This document shows, piece after piece, positions 28,568-37,904 of a stretch of 64,000 bases of DNA. This stretch comes from Bacilli bacterium (GTDB taxonomy: Bacteria > Bacillota_I > Bacilli_A > RFN20 > CAG-826): positions 7,514 through 71,513 of the forward strand of contig JAGCZS010000002.1 of assembly GCA_017959905.1 (NCBI GenBank), read 5' to 3'. Position 1 is the first letter of the stretch. The number at the start of each line of letters is the position of its first letter. The notes under the pieces are model-generated. The model searched no databases. It was not told the origin of the DNA and saw only the letters and a program-made list of their open reading frames with translations. The translations under genes were made by a program, and so were the position numbers.

Positions 28568-29953
28568 TTATTCATAAAGAGCAATATGATATTTGTCAAT
28601 ATCATAACCGCCAAAAAAAGCATCGCTAAATTCTTTATTTTTATTCATAAATTTTGGATTACCTCTATTTTTGTCAGCATCACCATTATAGCCTCCAAAA
28701 CTATTAAAGCCATTAAAAATTTTATATTGGCCTTTAATAATAAGATCTTCTACTTCTTTATATTCGCCAATTTTAAAATTAAAAAAACATCTTAAAATTC
28801 TTTCGTTTTCATCCGCTGATTCTTTGCTATTTTGTGTTATAACAGGAATGCCAACATAATTTTTTAATTGATTTAATTTATCGTCGTTCCCTTTTCTACC
28901 GAGGAAAAAACCTAAACCAGCAACCCAAGCTTTTTTATTATCGCTATATGGCCCGCCGATATAGTCCCATCTTCCAGAAAAATGATAATCAAACACTGTC
29001 TCTATTGAAACGCCAATGTTTTTAAGCGCGCTTGTATAACAAATTTTTTTTTCTTCTTCTTCTTTTAAAGCGAGATATTGATCAGCATCGACTCCAATCC
29101 ATCTTGCCGCGTTACGAAGATCTTTATCAGAATCTAAATTAAAATCTCTCATTTTGTTACAATATTTTGCCGCCTCTACTATTGATTGATATAATTTTCC
29201 ACCACAAACAAACACAACATCTATTTTATTTCGTCCATCACCCATATACCAACCTTTAACACGACTAACAGCATTATCATCTTGTGAAAAAACGCCAGCG
29301 TAGTTGTAATTAATTGTTATAAAAGGTCTTTTACAATTATGTTTTTTAACAAAATCGTTTGTTCCGTTTATAACGCCAGATATAAAACCAAAACCAAACG
29401 GATAAACACCAGCATTCGCCATTCCGCCAATATAACCATAACCGTAATTTGGTTTTATGGCGCGCTGCTTCTCAAGATCATATTTCATTAAATCTTGCGC
29501 CACAGTATATCCAGCTAAAAACCCAGAAATTTCCATTTCATATTGTATACAAACAGTATTGTCACAAACTTCGCTTGTTGTTTCAGCATCTAACAAAACA
29601 AAATGCACATTTTTAAATTTTTTTTGTGCTTCAGCAACAACTTCAGAAAATTTAAATCCAGGGCAAACTATTATCTCTGCGCCATTTTTAACGGCAACTC
29701 TTATTTGCTCATGAATAGCTATGTTTGTATCGCTAGAAGGCCGATAATATTCATAGGAAATTTTTCTTTTATTACAATATTTTTGAATTGCCTCCCAACT
29801 AGCTTGATTAAACCCACCATCATCAATATCGCCTATGTCTGTTATTAATGCTACTTTGCGCGGGTTAGCATTTGTAATAACACGTTTCCAAATCATTCCG
29901 CAAAAAGCAAGAAATATAGATAACATTAAAACAATCGTTACTACTTTTTTCAT
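28568..29953 (-). CDS. BMP-family (basic membrane protein) substrate-binding protein, probable nucleoside binding
   Basis: 461 aa. It has an N-terminal signal/anchor with a Cys (LAFCG). KVALITDIGDIDDGGFNQASWEAIQKY is the BMP-family signature. It is longer than typical family members. Confidence 0.85.
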   Translation of the reverse strand: MKKVVTIVLMLSIFLAFCGMIWKRVITNANPRKVALITDIGDIDDGGFNQASWEAIQKYCNKRKISYEYYRPSSDTNIAIHEQIRVAVKNGAEIIVCPGFKFSEVVAEAQKKFKNVHFVLLDAETTSEVCDNTVCIQYEMEISGFLAGYTVAQDLMKYDLEKQRAIKPNYGYGYIGGMANAGVYPFGFGFISGVINGTNDFVKKHNCKRPFITINYNYAGVFSQDDNAVSRVKGWYMGDGRNKIDVVFVCGGKLYQSIVEAAKYCNKMRDFNLDSDKDLRNAARWIGVDADQYLALKEEEEKKICYTSALKNIGVSIETVFDYHFSGRWDYIGGPYSDNKKAWVAGLGFFLGRKGNDDKLNQLKNYVGIPVITQNSKESADENERILRCFFNFKIGEYKEVEDLIIKGQYKIFNGFNSFGGYNGDADKNRGNPKFMNKNKEFSDAFFGGYDIDKYHIALYE

Positions 29954-30308
29954 AGATTAATTCCGACCTCTCTTATATTTTATTTTATGCTATTTAATTG
30001 CTAACTGCATATCTTTTTTATATAAGTTTCATAATTATCGTATACTGATATTATACACAAAAACGAATTATGATAATTATAATTATAAACATTCATAATA
30101 AAAAACGACTTAAAACCTAATAAAATCCAAAAACAACAAATAAAAATCGCAATAATAATTTTTTGATTTCTAAAATACGCCAAAACAGCAAAAAATAAAT
30201 AAATTCAAATATAATAAAAAAAATAAAACAAAAAAACAGTAATTTAAAAATAAGTTATAATTATACAATTGTGCAAAAGTGACAAGGTAATTTTTATGGT
30301 ATACAAAT

Positions 30309-30473
30309 ATGAGTAGCGGCGGCAGAATAAATATAGTTTTGAAATGTTCAAATTGCGGTGAAGAGAATTATATTACTTCTAAAAAATCTAGACAGCAAAA
30401 CGCTTTTGAAAGGAACAGATTTTGCTCTAAATGTAGAATTCATACAAAACACATCGAAAAAAAGAAGAAATAA
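30309..30473 (+). CDS. rpmG: 50S ribosomal protein L33 (zinc-ribbon C4 form)
   Basis: Below the ORF-track size cutoff. My translation is MSSGGRINIVLKCSNCGEENYITSKKSRQQNAFERNRFCSKCRIHTKHIEKKKK (54 aa). It shows the CxxC...CxxC pattern and an L33 C-terminus. Confidence 0.9.
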   Translation: MSSGGRINIVLKCSNCGEENYITSKKSRQQNAFERNRFCSKCRIHTKHIEKKKK

Positions 30474-30563
30474 CTAGTTCTCAGCATATTTATCGTATCT
30501 TATTTGTATAATGGATAGTGTAAAAACAAAAATAATTATTTAAAAAATATTGAGGATGAATGA

Positions 30564-31127
30564 ATGAATATTACTAGCGTTAGACCTGGAACTTATTTTG
30601 AAGATAAGGGCGAAATTTTTGTTGTTTTAGATAACTCCTTAAATAAAACAGCGATGAGAAAAATGGTTGTTAAAATAAAAGTTAAAAACTTGCGAATCGG
30701 GTCAATTACTGAAATAACGCACAATTCTGGATATGATGTCAATGTAATTCATATCGATAAAGAAAAAAATGAGTTTTTATATGCAAATAATGATGCATTT
30801 GTTTTTATGAATATGAAGACATTTGAGCAAGTTGAAATTAACCAAAAATTATTAATGTGGGAAAAAAATTTTTTAATTCCTGGTATGGAAATTGAATTGA
30901 TAAGGTATGACAAGGAACTACTTGGCGTATCTTTACCGCCTAAAATCGCTCTTAAAATTATTGCGTGTGATCCGTCAGCTTCTGTAAGTGATAGTGTCAA
31001 AAATCAAATGAAAAATGCTGTATTAGAAACTGGATTAGAAATAAAAGTACCACGCTTTATTAATGTTGGCGATGTTATATATATCAACACAGAAAGCGGT
31101 GAATATTCAGAAAGGGCAAAAATATAA
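30564..31127 (+). CDS. efp: elongation factor P (non-canonical tip loop)
   Basis: 187 aa. The three-domain EF-P pattern is present and aligns without gaps with the E. coli and B. subtilis EF-P N-termini. A GAGGA RBS is present. Confidence 0.93.
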   Translation: MNITSVRPGTYFEDKGEIFVVLDNSLNKTAMRKMVVKIKVKNLRIGSITEITHNSGYDVNVIHIDKEKNEFLYANNDAFVFMNMKTFEQVEINQKLLMWEKNFLIPGMEIELIRYDKELLGVSLPPKIALKIIACDPSASVSDSVKNQMKNAVLETGLEIKVPRFINVGDVIYINTESGEYSERAKI

Positions 31128-31351
31128 TGTATTACCAAACAATTATAATTTTTTTTGTTGGGGTTATTATTGGAGTTATTATTGGCTTTTTTATTGCTAA
31201 AATATGGATTCAAAAAATAATAAAAAATAATCCATTAATTAATGAAGATCTTATAAATGCTATTTTTTCGGGAATGGGCCATAAACAAAGTAAAAAACAA
31301 ACAAAAAATATCATGGAAAAAATTAAAAAGTTAACTCAAGACTTAAAATAA
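31127..31351 (+). CDS. UPF0154/YneF-family small membrane protein
   Basis: 74 aa. One N-terminal TM (IIIFFVGVIIGVIIGFFIA) is followed by KNNPLINEDLINAIFSGMGHKQSKKQ, resembling B. subtilis YneF. Confidence 0.7.
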   Translation: MYYQTIIIFFVGVIIGVIIGFFIAKIWIQKIIKNNPLINEDLINAIFSGMGHKQSKKQTKNIMEKIKKLTQDLK

Positions 31352-31375
31352 CACTTGTCTTTCCAAGTTTAAAAT

Positions 31376-32411
31376 ATGGAAAATATTGTTTTGTTTGGCG
31401 GAACATTTGATCCAATACATAACGGTCATATTCAAGCTATCAATTTTATAAAAAAGTTTTTTAAAAATTGTGTTATTTATATAATCCCGGTAAAAAAACA
31501 CCGTTGGAAAAAACCGTTTTCTTCGACTAAACATCGCTTAAAAATGATTAAATTAGCAACTGAAAATATGAAATTTGTTCGTATTTCACATTATGAAATT
31601 AAAAGCAAAAAAAACCCAAATTATACAATCGATACAATTAATTATTTCACAAAAAAATTTCCAAAAAAAAAAAATATTTTTTCTTATAGGGTCTGACATA
31701 ATAAACGAATTTCCCTTTTGGAAAAAAAGTGATGAAATTCTTAAAAAAATTACATTAATTTGTTTAAAAAGACCTGGCCAAAAATATTCTATTCCGTCAA
31801 ATTATAAAAAAAATATAAAGTTTTTTAAATATAACACGACAATAAAAATGTCAAGTGATATGGTCAGAAATTTACAAAAACTAGATTTACCTGAAAAAGT
31901 TTTAGAATATATAACGAAAAAACGCTTATATTTTATTAAAAAAGTAAAAAAATATTATACAGCGAAGCGTTTGAAACATGCTTTAAATGTAGCGTTATTA
32001 GCGATGAAAATCGCAAAAAAAAATAAAATAAAAAATTATAAAAAATGCTATATAGCTGGTTTATTACATGACATAACAAAAAAAATGCCATTAAAACAGC
32101 AAAGAGAAATAATTTACAAAATTGATAAAAAAAATATAAATATACATAAAAAATTGTATCATCAATTAACGGGTGCTTATATAGTTAAAAAAGATTTTAA
32201 TATTAACGATAAAGTAATTATCGATGCTATAAAATTTCATACAACTGGAAAAAAAAATTTTTCGCCAGTAGGAAAGATTTTATTTATCGCCGACAAATTA
32301 GATCCATCCAGAAATATTAAAAATTTAAAAATAATGCTTAATAATAGCTACAAAAATTACAATAATATCTATTTATCGCTATTAAAAAAAATATCTAAAC
32401 TTAATTTTTAA
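31376..32411 (+). CDS. nadD: nicotinate-nucleotide adenylyltransferase NadD fused to a YqeK HD-domain hydrolase; reading frame broken by one extra A in an A12 run (31663-31674)
   Basis: Frame 1 (31376-31696) gives GGTFDPIHNGH (the NadD HxGH motif) and stops 10 codons after the A run. The +1 frame continues with IFFLIGSDIINEFPFWKK (the NadD G.D...W motif). It then runs without a stop into the HD domain (RLKHALNVA...GLLHDITK...FHTTG...IADKLD). Confidence 0.85.
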
Positions 32412-33168
32412 ACTTGTAAAATATATTGATTAAAAAAAATAAAAAATTTATAAAAAAAATTATAAAAACAACTATAAATGATAATGCTAAAACATTAGAA
32501 ATATTAGCAAACATATATTCTGCGTGTATCATTTTTCCGACACATAAATATTTATTATTTATACCAACAATAATTTCAGCCATAATCGCAAGTTTGAAAC
32601 TTAAGTTTAAAGATTGATAGACACCTAATAATATATAGGGATAAATTATAGGGATATAAATTCTAAAAATTGCATCATTAAAATATGCCCCATCCAATTT
32701 CAATTCGCTAATAACTTCATTATCAATATTTTTAATGCCAGCATATATTGACTCAAAAAAAATTGGAAACATAATCAAAAATGAAATCGCTATTATTATA
32801 TATTCGTTTGGAATAATCACTAAAAACAATAAAACAAAAACTATTGTTGGAAAAATCTTAATTAAGGCAATTATAGGCCGAATAAAAAAATTAAAATTTT
32901 CACTAAAACCAGCTATAATACCAAAAAATAAACCGCTTAAAAAACTAATCGAAAAAGAGATAAAAATATGATAAAAAGTATTTTTAATTGCAATGTATAT
33001 ATCTGTATTTTTAAGATAAAATAATATTTTTATAATCACCTCATGTGGTGACGGAAATAAATAATCATTATTATAAAATAAGCTAATTAGAAACCATAAA
33101 AAATAAATAAATATTATACTAAAAACACTAAAAAAGACCTTTTTTTGCGTTTTTGTTATATATGCCAT
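32401..33168 (-). CDS. ABC transporter permease, NitT/TauT (SsuC/ThiX-like) family
   Basis: 255 aa with 6 or so TM segments. It has an N-terminal LFPSPHEV motif and the binding-protein-dependent permease layout. Confidence 0.8.
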   Translation of the reverse strand: MAYITKTQKKVFFSVFSIIFIYFLWFLISLFYNNDYLFPSPHEVIIKILFYLKNTDIYIAIKNTFYHIFISFSISFLSGLFFGIIAGFSENFNFFIRPIIALIKIFPTIVFVLLFLVIIPNEYIIIAISFLIMFPIFFESIYAGIKNIDNEVISELKLDGAYFNDAIFRIYIPIIYPYILLGVYQSLNLSFKLAIMAEIIVGINNKYLCVGKMIHAEYMFANISNVLALSFIVVFIIFFINFLFFLINIFYKFKN

Positions 33169-34370
33169 TACGTCGCGCAGTGCTTAAGGCCAAACTTCGC
33201 CAATAACTCTCGATCAATAAGAAATAAAAAAGTGCTAACTGCGTTAATCATTTCTGTATCTAGATAAACTCTAGCACTAATTTTCATGTCAGAAATATTA
33301 TCTGTATTAATACCTAAAACTCTCTTTATTGCATCTTTATTTTTTTTAAATACTTCATTTCTAGATTTATTATCATCAAAAGGTTTTATGTTTTGAGCAA
33401 AATCGGCAAAAAACTTATTGAAAGTATCAAGATTTATTTGGCTAAAACTAATAGATTTCAGATTAATAAACACTGCCGCTTGTAAAGGGCAAACTTGATA
33501 ATCTTCATTGGTTATTTTTGTATGCCAAAGCGTATGGATGTCGTAACACTTAAAATTTACTTTTGAAGTTGCTTTTATTTCGGACAATATTGGTTCTGAA
33601 ATTAGATAAAAATCATAAGTAAATTTTTGTGTTTTCATATCATTTTTCAGAACTTTTACAATTTCTGTAAGGTTGTTTTTATAATCAATATTTTCTTTGG
33701 GCAATTTAGGGAAAAAACTAAAAAGTACTTTTTCAAAAATTTTTCTAGGCGAACTGCCATCGGCACCGAATGCCAATATTTTCTTTCTTGATAAAGATAA
33801 ATCTTCAAAATTAGTATCATCTTTTTCGCTCATTTGAGGATTTACCAAATACAATTGAGAAGTTGTTAATGTAAACATAAGTTTATAAACGCTTTTTTCG
33901 TTTGAAACAATATTTTTTAAACCAGTCAATAAATCAAAAACAATTATATCGTAATTTTCTGCAGCGAATTCTCTCGATATCAAAGATACATCGCGTTGTA
34001 TAAAAATGTTTTTGTTTTCTAGTTGTGAATAAAAAAACAACGCCGGTATGCCATAAGGACATAAAACTTTTATATCAGTTGTTTCATAGCGCATTTTTTT
34101 ATTTTTATTCACGCTAATTACGGCAATACTACATAGACATGTAATTGTTACTAACGTTATTATTAATGACATTAAAGAATCTCTAATATCTATCTTGGCG
34201 CTAAAAATACGAAAAAGTATGTAACCAAAATTGATCAATAATAACAAATTAAGTGCATTAGATAACCAAAAAAACATCTTAAAATATTTGTAATACGTAA
34301 AATAAGAAAAAATAACGGATCCAATTAAAACAGTAGCAAATATACTACTAATTAATAATTTTGTTTTCAT
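33168..34370 (-). CDS. membrane-anchored putative substrate-binding protein (3 N-terminal TM segments plus ~300-aa soluble domain)
   Basis: 400 aa. It is translationally coupled (TAATG) to the downstream permease. I recognise no confident family motif, so the call rests on context only. Confidence 0.4.
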   Translation of the reverse strand: MKTKLLISSIFATVLIGSVIFSYFTYYKYFKMFFWLSNALNLLLLINFGYILFRIFSAKIDIRDSLMSLIITLVTITCLCSIAVISVNKNKKMRYETTDIKVLCPYGIPALFFYSQLENKNIFIQRDVSLISREFAAENYDIIVFDLLTGLKNIVSNEKSVYKLMFTLTTSQLYLVNPQMSEKDDTNFEDLSLSRKKILAFGADGSSPRKIFEKVLFSFFPKLPKENIDYKNNLTEIVKVLKNDMKTQKFTYDFYLISEPILSEIKATSKVNFKCYDIHTLWHTKITNEDYQVCPLQAAVFINLKSISFSQINLDTFNKFFADFAQNIKPFDDNKSRNEVFKKNKDAIKRVLGINTDNISDMKISARVYLDTEMINAVSTFLFLIDRELLAKFGLKHCAT

Positions 34371-35559
34371 AAAATAATTCCTCTATATTTTTTCCCACCA
34401 TATAGGTGTTTTTTTTTAAATTAAAGTTATGTAATATTGTTGCGCCAATATTTGCAAAAGTACTCATTTCGCCTAAAAACTTACCATTATTAATTTTTTT
34501 TGAATATGCAATAAAAAATGTTTGTTCCCTCGTGTGATCCGTTCCTGCCCATGTCGGATCATTTCCGTGATCAGAAGTAAGAATGAGCAAATCATCTTTT
34601 TTAATGACTGACATTAATTCGCCTAATTTCTTATCGAATTCTTCAATAGCGTTCTTATAACCAAGAACATCACGCCTATGCCCATAATTACTATCAAAAT
34701 CAACTAAATTTAAAAAATAAAGTCCATCGTTCTTATTATCATTAATTTCAAAAATTATTTTATCCATTCCATCGTTATTATTTTTAATTTTTATTGTTTT
34801 TTTAATTCCTTTATTACTAAAAATATCTCCTATTTTACCAAGAGCTAATGTATAAATTTTATTTTTTTCTAAAATATCTAAAACTGTTTCTTTAAATGGT
34901 AAAACAGCAAAATCACGACGATTGTAATTATCTCTATAAAAAGAATTTTTATCATTTCCTAAGAATGGTCTGGCAATAATTCTTCCAATAAAGTATTTTG
35001 GTTTCAAACAAATCTTTCTTGCTATTTCACATACTTTATATAATTGATTCAAATCTACTATTTTTTCATGAGCGGCAATTTGCATAACAGAATCCGTCGA
35101 AGTATACAAAATTAAAGATTTTGTTTTTATATGTTCTTCGCCTAATTTTTTTAAAATTTCAGTTCCACTGAAAGCATAATTTCCAATAAATTTATATTTT
35201 GTTTCTCTTTCTAATAAATCAATCAATTCTTTTGGAAAACCATTGTCATAAAATGTTTTAAAACTTTTTGCCACTTTAAGCCCCATCATTTCCCAATGGC
35301 CAGTTATTGTATCTTTTCCAGAACTAAGCTCATTTAATCTAGCCGTAAAACTATTTACATGATTTTTTTTTGCTATTTCATTATCTATAAAATCGGTTAT
35401 ACCAATAAATTCAAGATTAGGAATATTAAGCTTGCCGCTTTTTTCTAATATATGTCCTAAAGTATTACTGCCATAATCATTAAAAGCGCTCGCATCATGA
35501 GCATTACCAATTCCTAAAGAATCAAGAACTATCAAAAACACCCTTTTATAAAAAAACAT
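34348..35559 (-). CDS. deoB: phosphopentomutase
   Basis: 403 aa. KRVFLIVLDSLGIGNAHDASAFNDYGSNTLGHI and TSDHGNDPT are present. Confidence 0.95.
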   Translation of the reverse strand: MFFYKRVFLIVLDSLGIGNAHDASAFNDYGSNTLGHILEKSGKLNIPNLEFIGITDFIDNEIAKKNHVNSFTARLNELSSGKDTITGHWEMMGLKVAKSFKTFYDNGFPKELIDLLERETKYKFIGNYAFSGTEILKKLGEEHIKTKSLILYTSTDSVMQIAAHEKIVDLNQLYKVCEIARKICLKPKYFIGRIIARPFLGNDKNSFYRDNYNRRDFAVLPFKETVLDILEKNKIYTLALGKIGDIFSNKGIKKTIKIKNNNDGMDKIIFEINDNKNDGLYFLNLVDFDSNYGHRRDVLGYKNAIEEFDKKLGELMSVIKKDDLLILTSDHGNDPTWAGTDHTREQTFFIAYSKKINNGKFLGEMSTFANIGATILHNFNLKKNTYMVGKNIEELFYENKIIN

Positions 35560-35579
35560 AATTAATAAATACTTAGTTA

Positions 35580-35969
35580 TTAACGCTTGCTAAACTGAGA
35601 AGCTCGTCTCGCGGCTTTTAATCCATATTTTTTACGTTCTTTACAACGAGAATCGGTTGTTAAAAATCCGTTTTTTCTTAATAAAGAACGTTCGCTGCCA
35701 GCTAATACTAACGCCTTTGACAAAGCTAGACGCGCTGCATCTATTTGTCCTGAAAAACCTCCACCGCAAATTTTTATATTGATATCATAATTCTTCTCGC
35801 TTCCTAAAATTACTAACGGTTCTTTCAAATAAGCAATATTATTTTTAAAATAACTGTTGACAGGATTATCTAAGCCGATTTTATTGATAGTTAATTTACC
35901 TTTGCCGGTTTTTAATGAAACAACAGCAACACTACTTTTACGTCTGCCAGTCGCATAAAATGTTTTCAT
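35580..35969 (-). CDS. rpsI: 30S ribosomal protein S9
   Basis: MKTFYATGRRKSS...ARRASQFSKR. I prefer the ATG at 35969, which forms an ATGA overlap with the rplM stop, over the track's GTG start at 35981. Confidence 0.93.
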   Translation of the reverse strand: MKTFYATGRRKSSVAVVSLKTGKGKLTINKIGLDNPVNSYFKNNIAYLKEPLVILGSEKNYDINIKICGGGFSGQIDAARLALSKALVLAGSERSLLRKNGFLTTDSRCKERKKYGLKAARRASQFSKR

Positions 35970-36436
35970 CTTTTTTCCCACTCTTTTTCAAATACGTATT
36001 TAATAGGATTTTGAGCTGCCTTATTGTGTTTTTCATCTGGAAAAATAAACAATCTTCTTAACATTTTTCTACTCAACCTATTTTTACGCATCATTTTTCT
36101 AATAACTCTTTTAAACCATTCTTCAACATACGCAGCGCGCATTACCTTAACATTGCGAACTCTTAAGCCACTTGGAAAGCCAGAAGCATTATAATACTTT
36201 TTATCTTTTTCTTTATTTCCGGAAAGAAAAACTTTCTTAGCATTAACTAAAACAACATAATCGCCACAATCAACATTAGGTGTATAGCAAATCTTATTTT
36301 TTCCCATTAATAATTTAGAAACTCTAACAGCTATTCTGCCTAATGGGGCGTCTTCAACGTCTACTAAATGCCAATTTCTTTTTACTTTTTTAATATTTGT
36401 TAAAGTTGTTTGCCTTTGAAATAAATGTTGAGACAT
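35966..36436 (-). CDS. rplM: 50S ribosomal protein L13
   Basis: 156 aa. RNWHLVDVEDAPLGRIAVRVSKLLMGK is the canonical L13 N-terminus. Confidence 0.95.
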   Translation of the reverse strand: MSQHLFQRQTTLTNIKKVKRNWHLVDVEDAPLGRIAVRVSKLLMGKNKICYTPNVDCGDYVVLVNAKKVFLSGNKEKDKKYYNASGFPSGLRVRNVKVMRAAYVEEWFKRVIRKMMRKNRLSRKMLRRLFIFPDEKHNKAAQNPIKYVFEKEWEKR

Positions 36437-36467
36437 ATTTTCTAACCTTGTTAGAATTTTAACATAT

Positions 36468-37904
36468 TCAATTATTTTTTTTTATTTTTTTTATTTCTTC
36501 TAACATTATTTTAAGAGTTATTTTGGGATTAATTTTATCGTTTTTTTGAATAGTTTTGCCAACTAAAAAATACACTGCGTTTTGTTTACCTTTTAGATAA
36601 TCGTTAACTACTTTCATATTGCCGTTTAATGTTTCTAAAACTAATTTTTTAATAATTTCTTCGTTAGTTTCTTGTTTAAAAATATGTAATGCTGTTTTAG
36701 CTTCTAACAAACTAGAACCATTTTCTATCATATACGAAAACAATTCATATCCTAAATTACGAGAAATGTTATTATTTTTTATATCGTTTATAAGAGAAAC
36801 CAAAGCATTTGGCGCTAATTTTAATTCATTAAAAGAAATTTTATTTTTATTTATATAACTCAAAACATTTATATTGATCCAATTAGCCAAATCTTTATAG
36901 TAATTAGTCAGCTTAACACACGATTCAAAAAAATCTGATATTTCTTTTTTTGACAACAATAAATTGGCATCATATTCAGTTAAATTGTAACTATTAATAT
37001 ACCTATATCGTTTAACACTAGCCAATTCTTTACTTGATTTAATAGCGTCATTTATAAAATTATCTGTCAAAATAATTGGTGGAATGTTACATTCTGAAAA
37101 ATATTTATAGTCAATTTCATTGTTTTTTTTTCGCATTATTTTTGTTACTTTGTTTTTTTCGTCATAGCGCCTAGTTTCTTGATCAATACTGCTGCCATTA
37201 CTAAGCAAGCTTTCTTGCCTTTTGATTTCAAATTCCAAAGCGTCTTTTATATATGAAAAGGAATTAATATTTTTAATTTCTACTTTATTTCCTAATTTTT
37301 TATCTTCGCCGCTTAACGAAATATTAACATCACATCTTAATTGGCCTTCTTCCATTTTGCCGTTACTTATTTCTAAAAATGTAATTATTTCGTGTATTGT
37401 TTCAATAAATTTTACAGCAACTTCTACAGAATGTATGCACGGCTTTGTCACTATCTCGATTAACGGAACGCCCGATCGATTATAATCGACTAATGTAAAA
37501 TTTTTAAAATGAATTTGTTTTGCTGTATCTTCTTCGATTTGTAACCTTTCTATTTCTACTTTTTCAATAACGTTTTTTAAGGAAATATTCAAAAAACCAT
37601 TAATGCCTATTGGCCTAACATGTTGCGTTATTTGATATCCTTTTGGCAAATCACTATAAAAATAATTTTTTCTGTCAAAATGCAATTCTTTATCTATTGT
37701 CATATTTAATGCATAACAAACTTGGATTGCGTTTATGACGACCTGTTTATTTAGGACAGGTAAAACTCCAGGAAATGCCAAATCATATACATTATCAAGA
37801 CTATTTGGAGCACGCGACAAAGAAACGGCGCCTGTAGAAAAAACTTTGCTTTTTGTATTCATTGCCACATGAATTTCTAATCCGATAGTTGGCTTGTAAT
37901 TCAT
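36468..37904 (-). CDS. gatB: Asp/Glu-tRNA amidotransferase subunit B
   Basis: 478 aa. PTIGLEIHV and DYNRSGVPLIEIVT are present, in a gatCAB operon. Confidence 0.97.
   Translation of the reverse strand: MNYKPTIGLEIHVAMNTKSKVFSTGAVSLSRAPNSLDNVYDLAFPGVLPVLNKQVVINAIQVCYALNMTIDKELHFDRKNYFYSDLPKGYQITQHVRPIGINGFLNISLKNVIEKVEIERLQIEEDTAKQIHFKNFTLVDYNRSGVPLIEIVTKPCIHSVEVAVKFIETIHEIITFLEISNGKMEEGQLRCDVNISLSGEDKKLGNKVEIKNINSFSYIKDALEFEIKRQESLLSNGSSIDQETRRYDEKNKVTKIMRKKNNEIDYKYFSECNIPPIILTDNFINDAIKSSKELASVKRYRYINSYNLTEYDANLLLSKKEISDFFESCVKLTNYYKDLANWININVLSYINKNKISFNELKLAPNALVSLINDIKNNNISRNLGYELFSYMIENGSSLLEAKTALHIFKQETNEEIIKKLVLETLNGNMKVVNDYLKGKQNAVYFLVGKTIQKNDKINPKITLKIMLEEIKKIKKNN

Noticed and set aside
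30001-30183. 60-aa small hydrophobic ORF upstream of the BMP transporter operon
   Set aside because: It starts with TTG, has no RBS, and lies in a 355-nt divergent promoter region of extreme AT content. There is not enough evidence to call a gene.
30245-30308. Palindromes TATAATTATA and ACAATTGT upstream of rpmG, and the idea that rpmG is leaderless
   Set aside because: Short AT palindromes are abundant by chance here. A TATAAT at 30256-30261 would give a normal ~45-nt leader, so the leaderless reading is not required.
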